From Candidatus Yonathbacteria bacterium (GTDB taxonomy: Bacteria > Patescibacteriota > Minisyncoccia > Phycocordibacterales > UBA1550), in NCBI GenBank assembly GCA_003483855.1, contig DMXP01000005.1:29202-93201 (forward strand): a DNA stretch of 64,000 nucleotides, in the 5' to 3' direction. Shown in pieces: positions 11,245-19,878 of the stretch (its first letter is position 1; every line of letters begins with the position of its first letter). The notes beneath the pieces were generated by a model, which had not been told where the DNA came from, ran no database searches, and saw only the letters and a program-made list of their open reading frames with translations. The position numbers and the translations under genes were made by a program.

Positions 11245-11343
11245 ATGATCGTGTTGTCTTATCGGTTAGCTACTAACATTTCAGCCTACTAGCTGATTGG
11301 GATATCGTACTACAAATGTGCCTACTATTCAAGAACGACCACG

Positions 11344-11467
11344 CCTTGTTTTAGAATTGCTTTGAGTACGAGGCGTGGGAGGTTTTTGTGACTAAAATGT
11401 ACAATTTGTACTTTGCAGAAACAAAAACATCCCACAACGAAGTAGGCGAAGTGATTTTAAGACAAGG
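11344..11467. repeat. Long-hairpin REP/MITE family A, copy 1
   Basis: Imperfect terminal inverted repeats, TACGAGG, a central GTACA-N-GTAC and CAACGAAGTAG; related to 26581 and 31069. Confidence 0.7.
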
Positions 11468-13265
11468 TTGCCTTTATACGGCGAACGCCAGCTGACGACG
11501 CCTCCTCTTTCACAATTTTAAACTTCCCCATTCCTTCTGTTTTTTCTACGTGAGGTCCACCACAAAGCTCTGCGGAGTATTGTGTGCCGTCTGGTGAAGC
11601 AACAGAGTACACATTAACCACATCTGGATACTTCTCCCAGAAACTTCCTTCCGCCCCACGCGCTTTCGCTTCTTCTTTTTTCATCTGCTCAATTTTTACC
11701 GCGCATCCTTTCGCAATCGCCTCATTTACATACGCTTCCACCTTGTCTAAAACGTCCCGCTCTACTTTTTGCGGATATGTGAAATCAAAACGGGTTCTTT
11801 CTTCTGTAATATTTGAACCTGCCTGATGCACATCGTTTCCTAAATATTTGCGAAGGCCCGCGAGCATTAGGTGGGTCGCTGTATGAAGCGCGGTTGTCTT
11901 TATGCTCGCATCCGCGAGCCCACCTTTAAACTTCCCCTCTGCGCCTGCGCGCGAAAGCTCCTGATGTTTTTTGAAATCCTCGTCGTACCCCGCTCTGTCC
12001 ACAGAAACATGATGCTCCTCCGCGAGCTCCTCTGTCATCTCTATTGGGAAACCGTATGTTGAAAACAACTTAAACGCGTCGTCCCCAGAAATTGTTTTAT
12101 TTTCAAAAAGTCGAGCAATCTCTTTTGTTCCACGCTCAAGTGTTTTTCTAAACCTGTCTTCCTCCTCCCAAATTTCTTTTACAATAATATCGGTTTGTTC
12201 AAAAACATTGTCGTACACTCCGCGATATTTTTCTGCAATCACAGGAACAAGTTCAGAAAGCATATTGTGCCCTATGCCAAGTATGTCTGAATAACGAACA
12301 GCGCGACGAAGAAGTCTGCGCAAAATGTATCCTTGGTCGGTGTTTGACGGTCGCACTCCATCCGCAATAATCATCACAGCGGTACGCACGTGGTCTGCCA
12401 CGATACGCGATGCGCGAATGTGTTTAACATCAACAGGAATATCTCCGCCAGCCAAATCTGCAATCTTTTGCATTATCGGCGCAAACAAATCCGTCTCAAA
12501 CACATTGTCTTTCCCTTGTATCGCCATAACCACACGCTCTAGCCCTGAGCCTGTGTCAACATTTTTCTGCGCTAGTCTTCCAATCACCTTGCCGTCTTTT
12601 TTCTCGTACTCCATAAACACGTCGTTCCAAACCTCCACGATATCCTGCCTATCATCTGCCGTTAGATATTCCTCCTTTGTCATCTCGCCTAGCCCATTTT
12701 CGGTAATATCGTAAAACATTTCTGTGTCGGGACCGCATGGGCCGTTGTCTCCTGGGCTCCACCAGTTGGACTTTGCAGACATAAAATAAATATGACTGTC
12801 CGGCATATAGTTTCGCCAAATATCAAGCGCTTCGTTGTCGCGCGGAGCATCATCATTGCCTTCAAAAACAGTTACATACAAACGCGACGGATCCAAACCA
12901 AGCCCCTCGTCTTTTGATGTCAAAAATTCAAAACTCCACTGAATAGCTTCTTCTTTGAAATAATCTCCAAGCGACCAGTTGCCAAGCATTTCAAAAAAAG
13001 TGTCATGAGTTTTGTCACCCACTTCCTCAATGTCCTGCGTGCGAACACACTTCTGGCTGTTCACGAGTCGCTTCCCGCTTGGATGCGGTGTGCCCATTAG
13101 GTACGGCGCGAGCGGTTGCATTCCAGCAGTATTAAAAAGCACCGAGGGGTCATTCTCGGGAACAAGTGGCGCCGAGGGAATAATCGTATGCCCGCGCTTC
13201 TCAAAAAACTTTAAAAATCTGTCGCGAATTTCTCGGGAGTCCATCCCAATAGAAGTTTTGTCCAT
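11457..13265 (-). CDS. alaS: Alanine--tRNA ligase (short form without C-Ala domain)
   Basis: FNTAGMQP, TFFEMLGNWS, HTATHL, ELCGGPH and SSAGVRRI; ends right after the editing domain. Confidence 0.98.
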   Translation of the reverse strand: MDKTSIGMDSREIRDRFLKFFEKRGHTIIPSAPLVPENDPSVLFNTAGMQPLAPYLMGTPHPSGKRLVNSQKCVRTQDIEEVGDKTHDTFFEMLGNWSLGDYFKEEAIQWSFEFLTSKDEGLGLDPSRLYVTVFEGNDDAPRDNEALDIWRNYMPDSHIYFMSAKSNWWSPGDNGPCGPDTEMFYDITENGLGEMTKEEYLTADDRQDIVEVWNDVFMEYEKKDGKVIGRLAQKNVDTGSGLERVVMAIQGKDNVFETDLFAPIMQKIADLAGGDIPVDVKHIRASRIVADHVRTAVMIIADGVRPSNTDQGYILRRLLRRAVRYSDILGIGHNMLSELVPVIAEKYRGVYDNVFEQTDIIVKEIWEEEDRFRKTLERGTKEIARLFENKTISGDDAFKLFSTYGFPIEMTEELAEEHHVSVDRAGYDEDFKKHQELSRAGAEGKFKGGLADASIKTTALHTATHLMLAGLRKYLGNDVHQAGSNITEERTRFDFTYPQKVERDVLDKVEAYVNEAIAKGCAVKIEQMKKEEAKARGAEGSFWEKYPDVVNVYSVASPDGTQYSAELCGGPHVEKTEGMGKFKIVKEEASSAGVRRIKATLS

Positions 13266-13393
13266 AAAAATACTTAAAATATTACCGAGCCCCCAATGCG
13301 TTTTCCTATAATTCTGTGAATATTTCAGAGAAACTTCTAACGGGACAAGTATTCGCCTATCTTATACCAAAATGCTCCATTTAGACAACTTTT

Positions 13394-13876
13394 CTAATCC
13401 TCAGGAGAAAAATGCGCGAGAGCTTTGACCTTGTTTTCTATGTACCAGAGACCGGTAAAAATAAACAACGCGAATACTGTCGCAATGACCGCCAAAACAT
13501 AATATCCATACCCTATTGCCACGCCCACGCCGGCGGCAACCCAAATGCCTGCCGCAGTTGTAACCCCGCTAACTTTTGAGCCCTTGAAAATAATGAGGCC
13601 AGCGCCGATGAAACCGATTCCCTGAATAATAGCAGCGGTAACGCGCGCTGATGAATCTGTAAACATTGTGGCGTTGGAACCGTAACCGCCCGATGCAAGC
13701 ACTCCGACAATTACAAAGAGAGCCGAGCCCATAGTCACGAAACCGTATGTGCGCATACCGGCAGTCTTGCCAGCAAGCGCGCGCTCAATGCCAAGCGACA
13801 TTCCTAAAAACATCGCTGTGAACAACTTGAGAATAATTTCCAAATCTTGACTGCTTAAAAGTGTTGTGATGTCCAT
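13394..13876 (-). CDS. MgtC/SapB family membrane protein
   Basis: GIERA...AGMRT...GIGFIGAG...GVTTAAGIW. Confidence 0.92.
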   Translation of the reverse strand: MDITTLLSSQDLEIILKLFTAMFLGMSLGIERALAGKTAGMRTYGFVTMGSALFVIVGVLASGGYGSNATMFTDSSARVTAAIIQGIGFIGAGLIIFKGSKVSGVTTAAGIWVAAGVGVAIGYGYYVLAVIATVFALFIFTGLWYIENKVKALAHFSPED

Positions 13877-13896
13877 TTGTTTATTGTAACAAATTA

Positions 13897-14760
13897 TTAA
13901 AATTCCTGACAGACTTGATCAACTTCTTCTACTACTCTTCCAATCTGTTCATCCGTAAAGCCAATTGATTTCAATGGAGCTGGATTATTCTTTAAATCGC
14001 GACACATCACAATTCCTTGTTCAAGTAAATTATTTTTGTCACTCTGACTAAGTGTAGAAAGAAATGTAAGCGGATGCACTCCCGTTTCCAAGATTAAATC
14101 CTGCAAATTGCCTTTTTCAGGATAGTCCCAGCCAATCACAGTGAGCCCAGAGCAATTCGCATATTGAATTGCATCACTCGTGAGCTTAGTGTTTGTAATG
14201 AGCCACCCCTCGTGAACTTTCTTTACCTCTCCTTCGTGTCTTTTATGCGCTTCATCGTGAGCTTTCTGCAAATCCATAAATCGCGCACGGACATAAAGCG
14301 CGACCTTCACGTCTGTTTTTATACCTTGCTGATTGTGGAACTTGCACTCTGCAAAAATATGCCTGTCGCCTTTTTCCATAAGCACGTCCACCTCGTGATC
14401 AACACAAAATCCCTGTAGAATTACACCTGTCTCTGCAGTGTAACCCTTTCCACGCAAAACTTCCGCGACAAATTTTTCAAATGGAAATCCGCTAGGCCCG
14501 AGCTCTAGCACTGCTTTCCTTAGCGAATAACGAATAGCGGCAGGATATTTTTTTTTCTTGAGAATAGAGTACGCGTGCTTGTAAATCTGCGAAGTCTTCA
14601 TCCCCTCGTGAAGCTCTGGGAGAATGTGCTCAACTATACGCTCTATAGTTTCATCGTCTGCACCAGAACGCGTAAGCGAACGACGAAGTTTATTAAGAGA
14701 AAATCGCTCACGCTCGCCAGTGCTTTTTATGACCCACACGTCATCTTGCTCTTTGTTCAT
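13897..14760 (-). CDS. ATP-cone domain fused to an Mrr-like PD-(D/E)xK nuclease
   Basis: N-terminal VIKSTGERERFSLNKL (ATP cone); FEKFVA...EVDV...ECK...LITN. Confidence 0.8.
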   Translation of the reverse strand: MNKEQDDVWVIKSTGERERFSLNKLRRSLTRSGADDETIERIVEHILPELHEGMKTSQIYKHAYSILKKKKYPAAIRYSLRKAVLELGPSGFPFEKFVAEVLRGKGYTAETGVILQGFCVDHEVDVLMEKGDRHIFAECKFHNQQGIKTDVKVALYVRARFMDLQKAHDEAHKRHEGEVKKVHEGWLITNTKLTSDAIQYANCSGLTVIGWDYPEKGNLQDLILETGVHPLTFLSTLSQSDKNNLLEQGIVMCRDLKNNPAPLKSIGFTDEQIGRVVEEVDQVCQEF

Positions 14761-14789
14761 ATTCCTTAGTTTAACACAATGAATAGGCA

Positions 14790-14952
14790 AAAGAAAAAGG
14801 TCGAGCTAAGATACTAGCTCGACCTTGCTAAGATACTTTGGGGGATCGCAAACTCTCCAAAGGGTTGCTGTCGTGGGATGCCGTATGCAACCGTGCCTCT
14901 TTAATTCAACCCCAAGTGAAGACATAAATACCTCAGAGATTCACTGTGCACA
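14790..14952 (-). ncRNA. Candidate 6S-like rod-shaped RNA
   Basis: TAGACA-17-TAGTGT promoter with an upstream A-tract, extended self-complementarity, and a terminator hairpin at 14797-14826 with a U-tract. Confidence 0.45.
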
Positions 14953-15018
14953 AATAAACACTATCACAAGAATGCAATTTTGTCTATATTTTTTTATTTA
15001 TTGTAATGTCGTGCACCA

Positions 15019-15098
15019 GTCTTTGCGAGCAGAGCGAAGCAAGCCAGGATTATGTGCGACAAGCTCTGGATTGCTTCGTTGTACCTCCTCGCAAAGAC
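15019..15098. repeat. RPE-like palindromic element
   Basis: GTCTTTGCGAG...GAAGCAAGCCAG...CTGGATTGCTTC...CTCGCAAAGAC. Confidence 0.7.
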
Positions 15099-15143
15099 AA
15101 TGCCGAGAGACATCGCTACAAACCATCAACTAACGACTATTGG

Positions 15144-16268
15144 CTATCCCACTATTCCGCCACCAATACACTCTTTCCCATCATACAAAACTACTGATTG
15201 CCCTGCGTCAAAAACTGCTGGCTTTTCGAGGCGCAATGAAAAAGAATTTTCATTAACACTAGCAATCTTGCATTTGTACTGCTCGCCGTGGTAGCGCACC
15301 TGCGCGGTATATTTCCTTGCAGTATCAGGAATCGTTCCACTACAAAAACTCGCCTGCTCGGCTCGTAGCTCCTGCGAGGCGCACCCCAGTGCCTTTTTTG
15401 TATGAGGTGCAACCGTAATTGTATTTTTTTCAAAATCTTTTGCCACAACATAGAGTGGCGCATCGTCAGTACCTTTCTTCGTAACCATAAATCCATGACG
15501 TTCGCCAAGCGTAAAAAAGTATGTGCCACGATGCGTACCGATTATCTCGCCTTTTCCATTCAGCACACTTCCCTCTTTCTCCTCAATATAGTTCGCGAGA
15601 AAATCCTTCATATCAAGCTTGCCCACAAAACACAGTCCTTGCGAATCTTTTTTCTCCGCAACTGGCAAACCAAACTTTTTCGCAAGAGCGCGCACTTGCG
15701 ACTTTTTGTAACCGCCAATCGGGAAAAATGTTTTGCTCAGCTGTTCCTTTCCTAGTGTCCACAAAAAATACGATTGATCCTTGGTATCATCAACTCCCTT
15801 TAGCATTCTGTGTTTGCATTCACTTTTGACTTTTGACTTTTGACTTCGAATCAGCTGATTCGCGTCTTGGACGCAGACTACCTTTGCGTAGTGTCCTGTC
15901 GCCACAAAGTCCGCTCCCTCTTTCATGGCTCGTCTAAAAAATGCGCCAAACTTTACCTCGCGGTTGCACATTACATCGGGGTTCGGCGTGCGACCCTGCC
16001 TGTACTCCGCAATCATATAATCCGCCACGCCTTCTTTGTATTCCTTTTCAAAATCCCACGTGAGGAGGGGGATGCCAAGGGGCGCAGAAACGCGCATTGC
16101 GTCCAAACGCTCCTCACGCCACGTGCATGGCAAAAAATCCGGTTGCCATACCTTCATAAAAACACCCGTAACATCGTACCCTGCTTTTTGTAAAAGCGCT
16201 GCAGAAACTGACGAATCCACTCCGCCTGACATTCCAACATATACTTTACCCTTCGACTTTCTATTCAT
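15144..16268 (-). CDS. mnmA: tRNA 2-thiouridine(34) synthase
   Basis: GMSGGVDSS, TPNPDVMCN, ATGHYA, KDQSYFL and DSQGLCF motifs. Confidence 0.98.
   Translation of the reverse strand: MNRKSKGKVYVGMSGGVDSSVSAALLQKAGYDVTGVFMKVWQPDFLPCTWREERLDAMRVSAPLGIPLLTWDFEKEYKEGVADYMIAEYRQGRTPNPDVMCNREVKFGAFFRRAMKEGADFVATGHYAKVVCVQDANQLIRSQKSKVKSECKHRMLKGVDDTKDQSYFLWTLGKEQLSKTFFPIGGYKKSQVRALAKKFGLPVAEKKDSQGLCFVGKLDMKDFLANYIEEKEGSVLNGKGEIIGTHRGTYFFTLGERHGFMVTKKGTDDAPLYVVAKDFEKNTITVAPHTKKALGCASQELRAEQASFCSGTIPDTARKYTAQVRYHGEQYKCKIASVNENSFSLRLEKPAVFDAGQSVVLYDGKECIGGGIVG
15848..15873. repeat. 26-bp REP family B copy inside mnmA
   Basis: GAATCAGCTGATTCGCGTCTTGGACG; near-identical to 54744 and, inverted, to 57054. 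Confidence 0.8.
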
Positions 16269-16369
16269 TTGTTTACCCTACTTGAATACCATCAAAATCG
16301 CAACTCTAACAAACAATCAAGTTTTGCATTTCGCGCCCATTCCATGTTCTACATTCCAAATTCGACATT

Positions 16370-17398
16370 CTATCTTAGATACTTCCCCTTGTTTACCACA
16401 TGCTCATCAAATGTTTTTGCGTAATGCATCGCGCCTTCTTTATCTGAAAGATAATACATAAAAGATGTTGCCGTTGGACTAATAGCCGCGCGAATAGCAA
16501 CAATGCCTGGGTTTCCAATAGGACCAGCAGGGAGACCTTTGTTTGTATATGTATTGTACGCTGATTTTATTTTTAGATCTGCAGTTGTAAGCTCGCTTGA
16601 TTTCTTGCCCAGTAGATACATAAATGTTGCGTCTACTTGAAGAGGCATTCCTTTTGAAATACGATTCCAAAGCACGCCTGACACTAGAGCCATATCCTCG
16701 GGATTAGAGGCTTCTCGTTCAAGTATAGATGCCATAATAATTATATCGCGCAATGAATGCTTTGATGTTTCAATCGCGCCAGACCATGGCTCTATTTTTT
16801 TATTAAAATTGTTAATCATTATTTGTTCTGCTTCCAATGCTGTAACATTTTCAGGGAAAAAATATGTGTCGGGAAAAAGGTATCCTTCCTGCGGACGCGC
16901 ATGTTCTAGAAAAAACACAGTATCAAAATTTGAAATATTTTTTTCTAAAACTACTGCTACTTCCTTGTTAGACATTCCCTCCGGGATAGTTACGCGTACC
17001 GCAGGAATTCCTGAGATGCTTCGCGCAATGCGTATTGCAATACGACAGGCAGAAATCGGTTCTTTAAAAAGATACTGCCCTGCGGACACAGGCTTTGCGC
17101 CTCCGACGAGCTTCGCGCAAGATTCAAAAAGACTCTGTGAGCGGATAAGATTTTCTTTTTCAAGGAGTGCGGAAACTTCTGTAAGTGAAGCGCCCTTCTT
17201 TACTGTAATCATTTTATTTTCTGGAAAACTAAATGGGGGCATTACACGAAAGGAGATGTACGCTGAAAAAAGGACAATTATAATAACAATAACAATCAAA
17301 ACTTTTGCTCCTCGCTCTTCTATGCCGAGCGAAGACAGAAACCTTGAAAAACGTCCTGCTTCTTCTTGTGTTACTTTTTCTTCTGGTGTTTTGTCCAT
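16370..17398 (-). CDS. mltG: Endolytic transglycosylase
   Basis: EGYLFPDTY, ASILERE, LQVDAT, YNTY..GLPAGPI; start set at MDKTP. Confidence 0.95.
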   Translation of the reverse strand: MDKTPEEKVTQEEAGRFSRFLSSLGIEERGAKVLIVIVIIIVLFSAYISFRVMPPFSFPENKMITVKKGASLTEVSALLEKENLIRSQSLFESCAKLVGGAKPVSAGQYLFKEPISACRIAIRIARSISGIPAVRVTIPEGMSNKEVAVVLEKNISNFDTVFFLEHARPQEGYLFPDTYFFPENVTALEAEQIMINNFNKKIEPWSGAIETSKHSLRDIIIMASILEREASNPEDMALVSGVLWNRISKGMPLQVDATFMYLLGKKSSELTTADLKIKSAYNTYTNKGLPAGPIGNPGIVAIRAAISPTATSFMYYLSDKEGAMHYAKTFDEHVVNKGKYLR

Positions 17399-17403
17399 GA
17401 TGA

Positions 17404-18639
17404 TTAAATTGGCAAATTGACTGGCGCTTCTGACTTGCGTGAGGGAATACGACCGAATGTAGGTGTCTGCGCAACACCTCCTGGGAAGTGATAAATAGTG
17501 GCGAGCTCCTCTGTGGTAAGCACAAACGGTTTCAACTTGCGTGGCAAGTGGAACCACGAGCGTTGCTTGTAAGCTTCAAACATATCTACCTTTTTCCAAG
17601 TAAGACGCGTCTTGTCATAATCCTCCCACGGGAAATCCCATCCGTATGTTTGCTCACCACCTTTGAATGAGTTTAGATTGTTTGAAGTAAACGGGCGCAA
17701 TAGACCACCTAGCGCTTTTATATGACCAAAATCTGCTTTGTCCTTCTTCCCAAGATATATCGCGCGAATACCGCAATCAAAACCGAGCTTGTTTATACTA
17801 CGCTCAATAGCAGCAACGGCGTCTTGTTCGCCCTTGGTGGTCATAAAAAGTTTAGCAAAGCCTTCATCAGTTTTCTGGTCACGCTTCATTATCCTTTCGA
17901 TTAGCGCTTTCCCTTCATCTTGCCATGTACCAATACTGCTATCGGCTTTTTTATATCGCTTGCTTGCCGACTGAACAAGTATCTGAATCCAAATCTGCTC
18001 ATCCTTCCCAATTGACCCTAAGTACTCAATAATAGAAGTGATTGGATCAATTTTGAACTCCTCTTTCACACCCTCTTTGTCCATACCGTAGTCAACATAA
18101 GTTTTTATTGGATACGCGTCTTCTTTTGAGAGAGTGTATTCGGAGCTAATCATTTCCCATTCGCCCTTTTTGCCCCTGTAGTCCACATAGCGTGTGTAGT
18201 CTGGGACCTCGTGTATTTCTATATCAGGATACTGCGCGTAAAGTTGCGCCTCTATAACATTTTTATAAAATGCGCCTGTGCGAATAAAAAAGTGGACATT
18301 TCCATCTAGAGAAACCATCTCTAGAGAAAACCAATCCTTTACTTTTCCTTTCCAGTATTTGTCCCACCAAACAATCTTGCCGGATGACTGATAAAGCGCG
18401 TTTAACATAATCTCCATCGCAAGCGGAGTTTTGTGAATCTCCTTTGGAATCTTGACCTCGAGCATTATCCAATTGATGCGTGAGATATATCGCCCCTGCA
18501 CATAATGCATCCATTGATGCAAAAATAAATAACCTAGAAAAATCGGGCCCCAATAAGGGAACCATGCAAAAAAAGTTGATAGAAGAGAAACAACCTGCGC
18601 GTATAACTCGCTAAATCCGAGAGACTGAATTAAATCCAT
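17404..18639 (-). CDS. Conserved CPR-type hypothetical membrane protein
   Basis: FSLEMV...YAQYPD...DPITS...QIL...EELATIYHFP pattern, which from recall occurs in CPR proteins linked to VirD4-like ATPases; start set at MDLIQ. Confidence 0.6.
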   Translation of the reverse strand: MDLIQSLGFSELYAQVVSLLSTFFAWFPYWGPIFLGYLFLHQWMHYVQGRYISRINWIMLEVKIPKEIHKTPLAMEIMLNALYQSSGKIVWWDKYWKGKVKDWFSLEMVSLDGNVHFFIRTGAFYKNVIEAQLYAQYPDIEIHEVPDYTRYVDYRGKKGEWEMISSEYTLSKEDAYPIKTYVDYGMDKEGVKEEFKIDPITSIIEYLGSIGKDEQIWIQILVQSASKRYKKADSSIGTWQDEGKALIERIMKRDQKTDEGFAKLFMTTKGEQDAVAAIERSINKLGFDCGIRAIYLGKKDKADFGHIKALGGLLRPFTSNNLNSFKGGEQTYGWDFPWEDYDKTRLTWKKVDMFEAYKQRSWFHLPRKLKPFVLTTEELATIYHFPGGVAQTPTFGRIPSRKSEAPVNLPI

Positions 18640-18762
18640 ATTTCCTATGATAACACACGGGGAACAATTGACAATTGACATGTAACCAAAAAAGCGCGTT
18701 TCCGCGTAGCGGAAACGCGCTTTAGTCAATTGTTAATGGTCACATGTCAAATGTTCCCCCTC

Positions 18763-19791
18763 TTACGCCAACGCGTATTTCCCGTCCTTTGTTCTCTTGA
18801 ACATCTTTGGGTCCTGAAGATTTACAAAGACTGTATTTTCTTTTACATAACGCTCTTTGAGTACACGGTCAATGATATCTTTTTTTGCAAGTGGTCCTTC
18901 CTTTTTGAGAACCTTTGCGATTACATCCTTCACAACACCTTTTTCGTAACCCCATGACGATAGAGCATACAGACCGCGACCGACTAGCACAAAACGTTTG
19001 TCTTTTATAAGCTCATTGTGACATGTTGCTACGTGCGCTTTTTTGCCAAAAATCTGAGTGATTGACTTTGCAACCTCTGTAAAGTGCATAGGTGAACCGT
19101 GCTTGCGAATAATAAGGTACGCATAATCGCGCATTCCGCGGGCATTTACATTGTGTGACTCTGTAACACCCCACTCGCCAAGAGGGTTTCTTGCAATTGT
19201 TTTCGAAAGCGCCAACCAACGCTTTGTGATTTCCTCGTTTTTATACTCTTCAGAAACATCCTTGAGGTGACTCAAAAATGCTGCGATGATTTCACTTTCA
19301 GGAACCAAATCCTCATGAGTAAGTGTTTTGTAAAGGTCGCGAATAGCATCATGGACCTTCATAGAAACTTTGTCGTCAACGATCCAGCGATGGCGAAAAT
19401 TCTCATCCTCTTTTTCACGTTTAAACTGGTCACCGAGAACAAGCAAAAAATACAGGTGGTTCTGCGTACCTTCGTCCTTAGATATATGCATCAAAAAATC
19501 TTCCTCGCACACGACTCCGCCCAATGACACTACTAGCTTATTCAATTCTTCAAATACGTCCGCTTCCTTTTTGAACGCGTCGGATTTCTTGATGGCGCCC
19601 AAAGCAAAGTTTTCAATCTGGCGAACGCGCTCGCGTGTTATACCATATGATTTGCCTATACCCTCAAGTGTCATACGATCGGTACTTTCACCCAAACCGT
19701 AGCGCCTTATCATCATATCAAGGGCGCGAGGCGAAAGAGAAGCGAGTAATCGTTTTACGACTTGTTTTGGCTTAAATGTTATGGCTGACAT
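18763..19791 (-). CDS. Sigma70 region-4 HTH plus HARE-HTH (RpoE/delta-like) protein
   Basis: RRYGL...TLEGIG..YGITRERVRQIE; C-terminal PMHFTEV...HNELIKDKRFVLVGRGLYAL. Confidence 0.8.
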   Translation of the reverse strand: MSAITFKPKQVVKRLLASLSPRALDMMIRRYGLGESTDRMTLEGIGKSYGITRERVRQIENFALGAIKKSDAFKKEADVFEELNKLVVSLGGVVCEEDFLMHISKDEGTQNHLYFLLVLGDQFKREKEDENFRHRWIVDDKVSMKVHDAIRDLYKTLTHEDLVPESEIIAAFLSHLKDVSEEYKNEEITKRWLALSKTIARNPLGEWGVTESHNVNARGMRDYAYLIIRKHGSPMHFTEVAKSITQIFGKKAHVATCHNELIKDKRFVLVGRGLYALSSWGYEKGVVKDVIAKVLKKEGPLAKKDIIDRVLKERYVKENTVFVNLQDPKMFKRTKDGKYALA

Positions 19792-19878
19792 ATGTAATGA
19801 CTATTAAAATATCTTGTTAATTAATTTTCTCGCACAAAGTAAACCCTTTATATCATCAAAGGGGTTATGAGTCAACCC

